The position numbers and the translations under genes are program-made. From contig CAZBBK010000002.1 in NCBI GenBank assembly GCA_964490075.1, forward strand, positions 1 to 50,104: DNA of 50,104 bases, written 5' to 3'. This DNA comes from an uncultured Gemmatimonadota bacterium. GTDB lineage: Bacteria; GCA-2686955. Under the pieces are notes generated by a model, which worked only from the letters and a program-made list of their open reading frames with translations, was not told where the DNA came from and searched no databases. This document shows positions 35,868-44,551 of the stretch, piece after piece. How positions within the stretch are numbered: the first letter of the stretch is position 1; the number at the start of each line of letters is the position of its first letter.

Positions 35868-36030
35868 CGAAATGTGGCTTGAGGCGCGCGCGGGTGGGGT
35901 TAGAGTGTCGGGCGAAACCAGAGACCGCCGACTCCTCCATGGGGCTACGGGTGGAGGAGCGGCTGGCGAACGAGCCTGATAACCCCGGCGCGGCAACGCC
36001 TCGAACCTCAGACCCAACAGAGGATGGGCG

Positions 36031-36765
36031 ATGGGAAAAGCCCTGGAACATAGAGCGGTGGTCGCCACCGCCTTGCAGTTTCAGCCCGTAACCACGCGTG
36101 ACCGCGGCCCCCGCGGCGAGATCACCGGCCTCAGCCTCACCTCCCGCCTGTGGATCAAGCGCTTCTTCGACCTGGGCGTGGCTCTCGGCGTGGTGGCGCT
36201 CTGTCTCCCCGCCCTGCTGATCCTGTCGCTCTTGGTGGCGCTCAGCTCACGCGGGCCGGTCTTCTTCCGCCAGGTCCGGGTCGGACAGGATCGAAGGACG
36301 GCCGCTCCGGAGCACCGCAACGGCTCCGAGCGCCGCAAGGAGGGCCTCGGCGGCCGTCCCTTCCAGATCTACAAGTTCCGCACCATGTACGTCGATGCGC
36401 CGGCCTACGCCGCCACGCCCACCGACGCGCGGGACCCGCGGATCGTGCCCTTCGGCCGCTTCCTGCGGCGCACCTGTCTGGACGAGCTGCCGCAGCTTCT
36501 CAACGTGATCAAGGGCGACATGAGCCTGGTCGGACCACGTCCCGAGATGCCCTTCATCGTGGCCAACTACGATCGGATCCAGCGCCGCAGGCTGAAGGTC
36601 AAGCCCGGCATCACCGGGCCGTGGCAGATCAAGTGCGGGCGTGACGACGGCATGCACGACGTGGTCGGATGGGATCTCGACTACGTGATGAACTGGTCGC
36701 TGCGCAAAGACCTGATGCTGCTGGTCGAGACCTTCCTCTTCGCGATCCGCCGTCGCAACGTGTGA
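36031..36765 (+). CDS. Priming sugar (phosphoglycosyl) transferase, Bac_transf family
   Basis: KRFFD, GPVFFRQ.RVG, YKFRTM, LDELPQLLNVIKGDMSLVGPRPE and KPGITG motifs. Confidence 0.93.
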   Translation: MGKALEHRAVVATALQFQPVTTRDRGPRGEITGLSLTSRLWIKRFFDLGVALGVVALCLPALLILSLLVALSSRGPVFFRQVRVGQDRRTAAPEHRNGSERRKEGLGGRPFQIYKFRTMYVDAPAYAATPTDARDPRIVPFGRFLRRTCLDELPQLLNVIKGDMSLVGPRPEMPFIVANYDRIQRRRLKVKPGITGPWQIKCGRDDGMHDVVGWDLDYVMNWSLRKDLMLLVETFLFAIRRRNV

Positions 36766-36850
36766 GGGCCCCTCGCGGGCACGCATGGCGCTATAGTCCG
36801 CCTCTTGGGATGCGTGGTGGCGGCCCGGGCGGAGCCTCCGCCCACGGACT

Positions 36851-37591
36851 GTGCGCATGCTCCTGCAACCCTGGATCCCCCTCTTGTTCGCGACCATGGG
36901 CGCCGGTGCCCGATCGGAGGGGTTCGGCGGGCCGCACTCGGCGCCGCTGAACGGAGAGTGGGCAGCGCTCGGCAATGCGGCCACACTCGGCATCGGCGAG
37001 CCCTCCTGGGCCGCCTTCGTCGACATGGGCAGCGATGAGCTGCGCCGCTACGTGGTGGTACAGGGCAACACACACGCCCGTGGCCCCGCCGCCCTGGTGG
37101 TCGAAGAGGGCGCGGGGGCGGAGAGCTGGGAGCTGGCTTTCGTGCTGCCCGACCTGCCCGGCCTCGCCTACGGATTCGATCTGACCTATTTCGGGGGCGA
37201 GATCGATCGTTTTTCCTACGATCTGAACGCCGCCGCGGCCTTCGATCAGGGCCTGGCGGTCGGCGCGACGGTTCGCGACGTGGCCCAGAACGGTCCCGGT
37301 GGCAGGAGCATCGGCGCCGGGGCGGTCTACCGCAACGCGGCCGGCGGCCTGATCCTGATCGAGGCCGACGCGATCGAGGGCTGGAGCGCGGAGCTGATCC
37401 GCGCCGGCCTGGCGGTGGCGGAGGGTGGATTCGAGTACCGCGGGGGAGTGGCCTGGCACGAGAGCGGGCACGACTGGACGCTCGGGATCGGCACCACGCC
37501 GCGCTATTCCTGGATCCTCGACTACGCGTGGACCCACCCGGCGCGCGGCCCGAGCCGGCATCGCTTCGGCGTCGGGCTGCGATTTCGATGA
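36851..37591 (+). CDS. Hypothetical secreted protein, probable outer-membrane beta-barrel
   Basis: Signal peptide, alternating hydrophobic strands, LDYAW..HRFGVGLRF beta-signal-like end. Confidence 0.55.
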   Translation: MRMLLQPWIPLLFATMGAGARSEGFGGPHSAPLNGEWAALGNAATLGIGEPSWAAFVDMGSDELRRYVVVQGNTHARGPAALVVEEGAGAESWELAFVLPDLPGLAYGFDLTYFGGEIDRFSYDLNAAAAFDQGLAVGATVRDVAQNGPGGRSIGAGAVYRNAAGGLILIEADAIEGWSAELIRAGLAVAEGGFEYRGGVAWHESGHDWTLGIGTTPRYSWILDYAWTHPARGPSRHRFGVGLRFR

Positions 37592-37592
37592 G

Positions 37593-38690
37593 ATGGAGCA
37601 GATGACCAGAGCGAAGAACCCCAGAAAGGGCTCCCGAGGCGGCTCCCGCGCGATTCACGCCGCGGAGCTCGGGCGCTGGCTGGAGAAAGCCCCAGCACCG
37701 CGTTTCGCGCTGGTGATCGGCGACGAGGGGGTGCTGCGCGATCGCGCCGTGGCGGAGCTGATCGAGCGCTACGTCGATCCCGGCCTGGCCGACTTCAACG
37801 TCGACCGCTTCGCGGGCGATTCGATCGACTTCGACCGGGTGCTGGCGGCGAGCGCGACGCTGCCGATGATGGCCGAGCGGCGCCTGGTGTTGGTGCGCAA
37901 TTTCCAGGCGCTGCACCACAGCCGGCGGCGGTCGCTCCTGAAAGGGCTCGCCAATGCCGCGCCCAGCACGCTGGTCGTCCTGGAGTCGGTGGCGCTGACC
38001 GACAAGGAGAGCGAGCTGGCGCGGGCTTTGCCGTCCCTGCTCACCGTCACCGCGAAGCGGCCCCAGATCAACGACGCGCTGCGGGCGGTCGACAGCGAGG
38101 CGACACGGCACGGTCGAGAGATCTCCGCTGGCGCCGCGGAGGCGCTCCTGGCGGCGCGCGGCAACGATCTGACCGCGCTGACGCTGGAGGTGGAGAAGCT
38201 GGCGCTCTATGTCGGAGAGCGGGCGCGGATCGAGGAGAGCGACGTGCTGCAGGTGGTACCGGTGGCGCGCGGCCCGACGATCTTCGACCTGGCCGATACC
38301 CTGGCCCTGGCCCAACTCGACCGGGCGCTGATGATCCTCGACCGCCTCTTCGCCGCGGGCGAGGAGGCGCCGGCGGTGGTGGCGGTCGCCGCGCGCCACT
38401 TCGTGATCCTCTGGAGGGCGCTCGACCTGAGCTCGGCCGATCGCCGGAGCGCCGCCTCGATTCTCAAGGTGCCCTCTTTCTTCGTCGACCGCTATCTGCG
38501 CCAGGCGCAGAGCTTCGACCACGGTCGGCTGCACCGCATCATGCGCGAGCTGCTGGCGGCCGATCTCGAGCTGAAGAGCGCCGGCGGCGGCATCCAGGCC
38601 CGCCGCTCGCGCGTCCGCGAGCTGGTGATGCGGATCTGCGGGAGTGCTGGGAGGCGCCCGGAGCGGCGCCGCGCCGGCGGGAGGGCCTGA
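37593..38690 (+). CDS. holA: DNA polymerase III subunit delta
   Basis: DFN, TLPMMAERRLVLV, EVEKLALY, IFDLAD and ADLELKS motifs; start 37593 or 37602. Confidence 0.88.
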   Translation: MEQMTRAKNPRKGSRGGSRAIHAAELGRWLEKAPAPRFALVIGDEGVLRDRAVAELIERYVDPGLADFNVDRFAGDSIDFDRVLAASATLPMMAERRLVLVRNFQALHHSRRRSLLKGLANAAPSTLVVLESVALTDKESELARALPSLLTVTAKRPQINDALRAVDSEATRHGREISAGAAEALLAARGNDLTALTLEVEKLALYVGERARIEESDVLQVVPVARGPTIFDLADTLALAQLDRALMILDRLFAAGEEAPAVVAVAARHFVILWRALDLSSADRRSAASILKVPSFFVDRYLRQAQSFDHGRLHRIMRELLAADLELKSAGGGIQARRSRVRELVMRICGSAGRRPERRRAGGRA

Positions 38691-39991
38691 TGGCGACCGT
38701 GGCCTTCGCGACCCTCGGTTGCAAGCTCAACACCGCCGAGAGCCACGCCCTGAGCGAGGTCTTCGCGGCGCACGCCTACGACGTGGTGCCCTTCGAGTCG
38801 CCGGCCGACGTGTTCGTGGTCAACAGCTGCACTGTGACCGCCCGCTCCGACCACAAGTCGCGCCAGCTCTTGCGGCGGATCCTGCGCCGCGCTCCGGGCG
38901 CCCGAGTGGTGGTGACCGGTTGCTACGCCGAGCGTGACGCCCGCGCCCTGGCCGCGATCCCGGGAGTGCACCTGGTGGTCGGCAACGGCGCCAAGCTATC
39001 GATTCCCCGGCTGCTGGAGGTCGAGCCGGCGGGCGCCGTGGTTCTCGACGCGGCGGGCGCAGAGCAAGGGGGCTTCGCCGAGGCGCCGCTCAGCGGCTTC
39101 GGCAGCTACAACCGCGCCTTTCTGAAGATCCAGGACGGCTGCGACTACCACTGCGCCTTCTGCATCGTGACCGCGGTGCGCGGTGCGAGCCGTTCGTTGC
39201 CCGCGGCCACCGCGCTGGAGCACGCCCGCTCGCTGGCCGCGGCGGGTTTCCGCGAGATCTGCCTGACCGGCGTCGATCCGGGGGCCTGGGGCCGCGACCT
39301 GCCGGGGCGCCCGACCCTGGGGCGGCTGATCGAGGAGCTGGTGGCCCTGGAGGGTCTGGAGCGAATCCGCCTGAGCTCGGTCGGCGCCCAGGACTACGAC
39401 GACCACCTGATCGATCTGGTCGGCGCCCATCCGAAGCTGGCGCGCCACGTCCACATCCCGCTGCAGAGCGGCAGCGACTCGCTGCTGAAGCGGATGCGCA
39501 GGGGCGCGCGGCGCGCCGAGATCGACCGGCTGGTCGAGCGCCTGCTGGCGATCGATGCCTCGCTGCGCTTCGGAGGCGATTTCATGGTCGGCTTCCCGGG
39601 CGAGGATGCCGCCGACTTCGAAGCCACCCGCGCTCTGTTGGAAGACGGACCCTGGAGCTATGGCCACGTCTTCCCTTTCTCGCCGCGTCCCGGCACCGCG
39701 GCGGCCTCCATGGCCGACCAGGTCCCCGACCGAGAACGCCATCGGCGCGCCAAGATCCTGCGCATCATCGCAGCCGCCAAAGACCTCGCCTACCGCAAGA
39801 CGCTGGTGGGCACGCGGGCTTCGGTGCTGATCGAGAACCTCGAGGAGCCCCGCAGGGGGTATGCTCAAGGGCTTTCGTCCCACTATGTGCGGGTCTCCTT
39901 TCCTCGGATGCAGACCCGCGCCGGAGAGATCGCCGAGATCGACATCACCGCCGCCGACGCCTCGCGCACCCTCGGAAGCCTGGTGGCGTAG
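38690..39991 (+). CDS. mtaB: tRNA t6A37 methylthiotransferase (radical SAM)
   Basis: TLGCKLN.AES, NSCTVT, VTGCYA, LKIQDGCDYHCAFC, PLQSG and FSPRPGT motifs. Confidence 0.9.
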   Translation: MATVAFATLGCKLNTAESHALSEVFAAHAYDVVPFESPADVFVVNSCTVTARSDHKSRQLLRRILRRAPGARVVVTGCYAERDARALAAIPGVHLVVGNGAKLSIPRLLEVEPAGAVVLDAAGAEQGGFAEAPLSGFGSYNRAFLKIQDGCDYHCAFCIVTAVRGASRSLPAATALEHARSLAAAGFREICLTGVDPGAWGRDLPGRPTLGRLIEELVALEGLERIRLSSVGAQDYDDHLIDLVGAHPKLARHVHIPLQSGSDSLLKRMRRGARRAEIDRLVERLLAIDASLRFGGDFMVGFPGEDAADFEATRALLEDGPWSYGHVFPFSPRPGTAAASMADQVPDRERHRRAKILRIIAAAKDLAYRKTLVGTRASVLIENLEEPRRGYAQGLSSHYVRVSFPRMQTRAGEIAEIDITAADASRTLGSLVA

Positions 39992-40009
39992 CGCACCCGG
40001 AGTCACGAG

Positions 40010-40177
40010 ATGGACAACTTCCTGGAGATCCTGACCAAGCCCGACAACATCCCGATCGTCGGCATGCTCTTCGTGCTGGGCTTCGCCACTTGGTGGGGGC
40101 TCAGCCAGGCGCTGGCCAACGACCGCCACCTGGAGCGCGGAGAAGAGCAGAAGATCATCGACGACATGCTGCGCTGA
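40010..40177 (+). CDS. 55-aa single-TM protein with KPDNIPIV motif (not in the ORF track)
   Basis: Translated by hand: MDNFLEILTKPDNIPIVGMLFVLGFATWWGLSQALANDRHLERGEEQKIIDDMLR; GGAG RBS, GC3-rich codons, fills the gap between mtaB and the next gene. Confidence 0.8.
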   Translation: MDNFLEILTKPDNIPIVGMLFVLGFATWWGLSQALANDRHLERGEEQKIIDDMLR

Positions 40178-40184
40178 GGCGCTC

Positions 40185-40706
40185 GTGGCGCTTTTCCTCC
40201 TGGTGGTCGCAGCGATTACGATCGGCTTCGCCGCCATCGCCCTGGCGCGCGGCGGGGCCCGGGCGGCATCGTCGGAGCGCGACCGCGCGCTGCTCTCAAA
40301 GGGCGACGAAATCGACCGGCGCCTGGCGGACATGGAGATCGAGCGCCTGCAAGAAATCGTGCTGCGCCTGCTCGACAAGATCGGGCTCGAGATCGTCGAG
40401 CTGGAAGCGGTCGATGAGCAGACACTCGACGTGCTGGCGCGCGATCCACGTCCCCTGCTCGCGGGCGACTATCTGGTGCAATGCACCGCGCTCGGGGACG
40501 GCGCCGTGGACGGCCCCCAGGTGGTGGCGCTCGCCGATGCGCTACGCGCCGCGGGAGCCAACAAGGGGATCCTGGTGACCACCGGCTTCTTCAGCGACGA
40601 CGCGCTCCGAAGCGCGCAAGATCACCCGCTCGAGCTGGTCGGCCGGCGCCGCCTGCGGGAGCTGCTCTTCGAGCAGCAGCTCCTGGTGCTGGTCGAGCTC
40701 GACTGA
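40185..40706 (+). CDS. Membrane-anchored Mrr-like (restriction endonuclease fold) protein, probably inactive
   Basis: N-terminal TM; LDVLA..YLVQCT; KGILVTTGFFSDDA..LELVG matches the Mrr catalytic domain C-terminus. Confidence 0.75.
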   Translation: MALFLLVVAAITIGFAAIALARGGARAASSERDRALLSKGDEIDRRLADMEIERLQEIVLRLLDKIGLEIVELEAVDEQTLDVLARDPRPLLAGDYLVQCTALGDGAVDGPQVVALADALRAAGANKGILVTTGFFSDDALRSAQDHPLELVGRRRLRELLFEQQLLVLVELD

Positions 40707-40739
40707 CCCCACAACTCAACTCCGTGCAGAAAGAGATCC

Positions 40740-41357
40740 GTGAGAAAGCTCACCAGAACCAAAACCAGCGATCGGAACCCGCGTGCAGTCCCCTGGGCCG
40801 GGCCGGCCCGCGTCTGCGCGCTCTGCGCATGGCTCATGAGCGGCTGCGGCGCTGACGACCGTGGCATCGAGACTCGTCGCGTGCCCCAGCCGCCGGCGGC
40901 CGAGACGGCGCTCACTCCCCCCGCGGAGGGCCACTCCGGCGGTTTGAGCTGGTCGCGTCCCGAGAGCTGGGAATCGAAGCCGCCCTCCGCGATGCGCCTG
41001 GCCAGCTTCGGCATGGCGCTCGAGGGCGGAGGCCAGGGTGACTGCTCGATCGTGGTGCTGGGCGGCGACGGCGGTGGGCTGGAGCCGAACGTCAACCGCT
41101 GGCGCGGCCAGATCGGCCTGCCGCCGCTCACTGGCGATGAGCTGGAGCAGAGCGTGCGTTGGCTCGAAGGCAAGCTCGGCCGGCTCGACTACCTGCGCCT
41201 GGTGAACCCCGACAGCCCGGAGACAGCCTTCCTGGTGGCCGTCGCGTCCCTGCCCGAGGCCACCGCCTACATCAAGCTCATCGCACCGGCCGATCAGCTC
41301 GACCTCCTCGAAACCGACTTCGTGGCGCTCTGCACCTCGCTCGGAGTCGATTCCTAA
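40740..41357 (+). CDS. Hypothetical lipoprotein with NVNRWRGQ motif
   Basis: LMSG-C lipobox-like site; W..PESW, MRLASF and GG..NVNRWRGQIGL motifs; directly upstream of the ccs genes. Confidence 0.7.
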   Translation: MRKLTRTKTSDRNPRAVPWAGPARVCALCAWLMSGCGADDRGIETRRVPQPPAAETALTPPAEGHSGGLSWSRPESWESKPPSAMRLASFGMALEGGGQGDCSIVVLGGDGGGLEPNVNRWRGQIGLPPLTGDELEQSVRWLEGKLGRLDYLRLVNPDSPETAFLVAVASLPEATAYIKLIAPADQLDLLETDFVALCTSLGVDS

Positions 41358-41394
41358 CCGATCATCGTCTCTTCTCTTCAGGAGGACTCGCCCC

Positions 41395-42522
41395 GTGCGC
41401 TCGATCCGCATCGTCCAACTGCTCGCCCATACCAAGCTCTTCGTCTTCAGCATCCTCTGGTTGATCGTCCTGGTGGTGGCCGGCACCCTGGCTCAGCCTT
41501 CGATCGGGCTCTATCTCGCGCAGCAGAAGTACTTCGCATCGTGGATCTTCTGGAGCGGACCGCTGCCGCTGCCGGGCGGCCGCCTGACGATGGCGGTGGT
41601 GTTCGTGAATGCGCTGATGTTCGTGATCACGCGCATCGAGCTGCGCCCTCGCAAGCTCGGCATCCTGATCACCCACGCCGGCGCGCTGCTGCTGCTCTTC
41701 GGCGGACTGATCACCGCCTACTTCAGCGAGGAAGGCTCGCTGGTGATCCCGGAGGGGCAGGTCGGCGACTATGTTTCCGACTACCACCAACAGGAGCTGG
41801 CGATCACAGATCGCAGCGAGCCGGAGCTCGCTACCGTGACCACCTTCGCATCGGGTTGGCTGCGACCGGGAAGCGTGCTCCGGCATCCGCAAGTGCCTGC
41901 GACGATCGAGGTCCTGGACTGGTTCGATCACTGTGAGATCGTGCGGCGCGAGGCCGCGGCGGAGGGCGACGAGCGGGGGCTGCTCGCGGAGTTCGATCTG
42001 CTGCGCCGTCCTTTGACTCCCGAGTTCTCGCGCAATCGGCGCGCGGCGCTGGTGCGGCTCTCGGGCGCCGATCCCGAGAGCAACGGGCGTTACGCCCTGC
42101 TGGAGGACCTGACGGAGAACGAGTCCTTCGAGGCCGGCGGCAAGCCCTTCGAGCTCGCTCTACGCGCGCGCCGCCGCTACCTCCCCTTCCAGCTCGAGCT
42201 GCTCGATTTCGAGAAACAAGTTCACCCCGGCACCTCGATGGCACGCAGCTACAAGTCAGTGGTCAACTTGCTGGAAGGGGAGACCTCCAGGCGGGTGGTG
42301 ATCCAGATGAACGAGCCCCTGCGCCACCGTGGATACACCTTTTTTCAATCGTCGTTCATGCAAAACGAATGGGGTGATACCACCGTTCTGGCGGTGGTGA
42401 AGAACCACGGTCGACTCTTCCCCTACATCTCCAGTCTGATCATGTGTATCGGGCTTCTGGTGCACCTCTTGATCCAGGTACCGCGCTTGGTGCGCGCGCG
42501 CCAAACAGGAGTCACGACATGA
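41395..42522 (+). CDS. Cytochrome c biogenesis protein ResB/CcsB-like
   Basis: LVVAGTLAQ, GILITHAG (TM His), LPF.L.L.DF and IQMNEPLRHRGYTFFQSSF motifs. Confidence 0.85.
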   Translation: MRSIRIVQLLAHTKLFVFSILWLIVLVVAGTLAQPSIGLYLAQQKYFASWIFWSGPLPLPGGRLTMAVVFVNALMFVITRIELRPRKLGILITHAGALLLLFGGLITAYFSEEGSLVIPEGQVGDYVSDYHQQELAITDRSEPELATVTTFASGWLRPGSVLRHPQVPATIEVLDWFDHCEIVRREAAAEGDERGLLAEFDLLRRPLTPEFSRNRRAALVRLSGADPESNGRYALLEDLTENESFEAGGKPFELALRARRRYLPFQLELLDFEKQVHPGTSMARSYKSVVNLLEGETSRRVVIQMNEPLRHRGYTFFQSSFMQNEWGDTTVLAVVKNHGRLFPYISSLIMCIGLLVHLLIQVPRLVRARQTGVTT

Positions 42523-44396
42523 GCGCACGCATCCGAATCGCGGTTGCTTGGGGATTCGCGGTGGTCGTCGCAAGCGTCGCGATCGCCGCCCACCCGGCGA
42601 CCGAGCTGGCGCAGCTGCCACTCCAGGAGGGCGGCAGAATCAAGCCGCTCGACACCTTTGCCCGCACCCACCTGCTGGCATTCAACGGCAAGCAATCGCT
42701 GGAAGAGCTGGATGCGATCACCTGGCTCATGGAGCTGGTCTGCGATCAGCACGCCGCCCACGAGCGACAGGTTTTCGATATTCGCAACCCCGAGGTCGCC
42801 GACGCCCTGGGGCTCGAGCGCCGCGAACACCATCGCTACAGTTTCCAGGAGCTCTTCCCGAAGCTGCGCGAGCAGTCCGACGATCTGGCCAAGCTACACC
42901 GGCGCGATCCGCAAGAGCGAACGCTGGTGGAGAACCAGCTCGTGGAGCTTTACCTCAACACCTTGCGCTTTCACGAGCTGAGCCGCGTGTTCAGCTGTCT
43001 CAGGCCGCAGATCGAGGTGCCACCCGGACCGGTCGCGGGCAGCCTCGGCCTGACCGTGGGCAGCCAGGTGAGCTACTTCGATCTGAGTGCACACAACGAC
43101 CAGCTGCGGGCGCTGATCGCCGGCATGCAAGCCCATGGCGAGGGGGACGAGGGGTCGGCGAGGGAAGGGCTGGTCCAACTGGCGCACCAGGTGAATCAGC
43201 TCCTGGCCGACCAGGACGCGACCGCCCTGGCGGTGATTCCGCCGCCGCCGGGCAGCTCGCAGGAGCTGTGGGCATCACCCTGGGAGCTGATGGGCGATCG
43301 CGGATCGCTCGCCCCCTCACAGATCGCGGCGCTGGAGGCCTGGCAGGGGCTGCTGGCGGCCTACGCCGCTTCCAGCGGTGCAATCGAGGAGCGGGTGGCG
43401 CAGGCCCGAGCGGCGGTCGCGAGTGCGCATCCGCACGACTTCGACCCGGGGCGGCTGAGCATCGAAGTCGGATACAACCGGGCACAGCTCTACTACAAGA
43501 GCATCGCCCTCTACATCGCCGCCTTTCTCTTGATCATCACCAGCTGGCTCTTCAAGCCGGGCATCACCCAGAAGCTGGCCTTCGGCGCCCTGGCGCTCGG
43601 TCTGATTCCACACCTGATCGGCATGGGCCTGCGCATGCACATCATGGGGCGGCCGCCGGTCTCGACACTCTACGAGTCGATCCTCTTCGTGGGGTTGATC
43701 GCGGTGCTCACGTCGGTGGTGGTGGAGGGGATCCAACGCACCGGTGTCGCGACCTTCGTCGGCTCGCTGTCCGGCGCGGCCCTGCACTTCCTCGGCTTCA
43801 GCTACGCCGCCGACGGCGACACCATGGGCATGCTGGTGGCGGTGCTCAACTCCAACTTCTGGCTCGCGACCCACGTGGTGACGATCACCATCGGCTACGG
43901 CGCATCGCTGGTGGCCGGAATCGTCGGCCACTACTACCTCGTCTACCACATTCTGAAGCCGGAGGATGGCCCGCGCCTGAGCACGATCAACGGCAACATG
44001 GTCGGGCTCACGCTGGTGGCCCTCTTCTTCACCCTCTTCGGAACGATTCTGGGTGGGATCTGGGCCGACCAGTCGTGGGGACGGTTCTGGGGTTGGGATC
44101 CGAAGGAGAACGGCGCTCTGCTGATCGTGCTCTGGCAGGTGGCGCTGCTCCACGGTCGCCTCTCGGGCCAGTTCAAGCCGCTCGGCATGGCCGCCGGCCT
44201 GGTGCTCAACAACATCATCGTGATCCTGGCCTGGTTCGGGGTGAATCTCTTGAGCGTGGGACTGCACACCTACGGGAACACCGGCAATGTGGCGATCAAC
44301 GTGGCGACTTTTTGTGCGCTAGAGGTGGCGTTCGGAGTGATCGCCTACTCGCTGGCGAGGATGCGCGCGCGACCCCTGGCTCCCTCGGGGGGGTAG
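42519..44396 (+). CDS. ccsA: Cytochrome c biogenesis protein CcsA/ResC (System II) with large N-terminal periplasmic domain
   Basis: GRIKPLDT, RPPVSTLYES, NFWLATHV, WWD domain WADQSWGRFWGWDPKEN and GLHTYG; AGGAG RBS and ATGA overlap. Confidence 0.93.
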   Translation: MSARIRIAVAWGFAVVVASVAIAAHPATELAQLPLQEGGRIKPLDTFARTHLLAFNGKQSLEELDAITWLMELVCDQHAAHERQVFDIRNPEVADALGLERREHHRYSFQELFPKLREQSDDLAKLHRRDPQERTLVENQLVELYLNTLRFHELSRVFSCLRPQIEVPPGPVAGSLGLTVGSQVSYFDLSAHNDQLRALIAGMQAHGEGDEGSAREGLVQLAHQVNQLLADQDATALAVIPPPPGSSQELWASPWELMGDRGSLAPSQIAALEAWQGLLAAYAASSGAIEERVAQARAAVASAHPHDFDPGRLSIEVGYNRAQLYYKSIALYIAAFLLIITSWLFKPGITQKLAFGALALGLIPHLIGMGLRMHIMGRPPVSTLYESILFVGLIAVLTSVVVEGIQRTGVATFVGSLSGAALHFLGFSYAADGDTMGMLVAVLNSNFWLATHVVTITIGYGASLVAGIVGHYYLVYHILKPEDGPRLSTINGNMVGLTLVALFFTLFGTILGGIWADQSWGRFWGWDPKENGALLIVLWQVALLHGRLSGQFKPLGMAAGLVLNNIIVILAWFGVNLLSVGLHTYGNTGNVAINVATFCALEVAFGVIAYSLARMRARPLAPSGG

Positions 44397-44441
44397 GAGC
44401 CCCGCGCACCGCCAATTGCGGCGCAAGCCCCCGACAATCCA

Positions 44442-44450
44442 TGGTATAGT
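44442..44450 (+). promoter_or_regulatory. Candidate extended -10 promoter
   Basis: TG-G-TATAGT in an AT-richer spacer about 100 nt before the lamin-tail gene. Confidence 0.45.
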
Positions 44451-44551
44451 GAAGACTTGTCCACTTTGTGCATCGGCCCCCGCAGGGTCGGTCAACGGTT
44501 CCTCGGGGTCCCCAAGTCCCCTTTCGTTCATACTCCTGGAGCTTCATAACT

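Noticed and set aside
40185-40706. Active restriction or defence island
   Set aside because: Catalytic Lys missing and no methylase, mobile or other defence genes nearby
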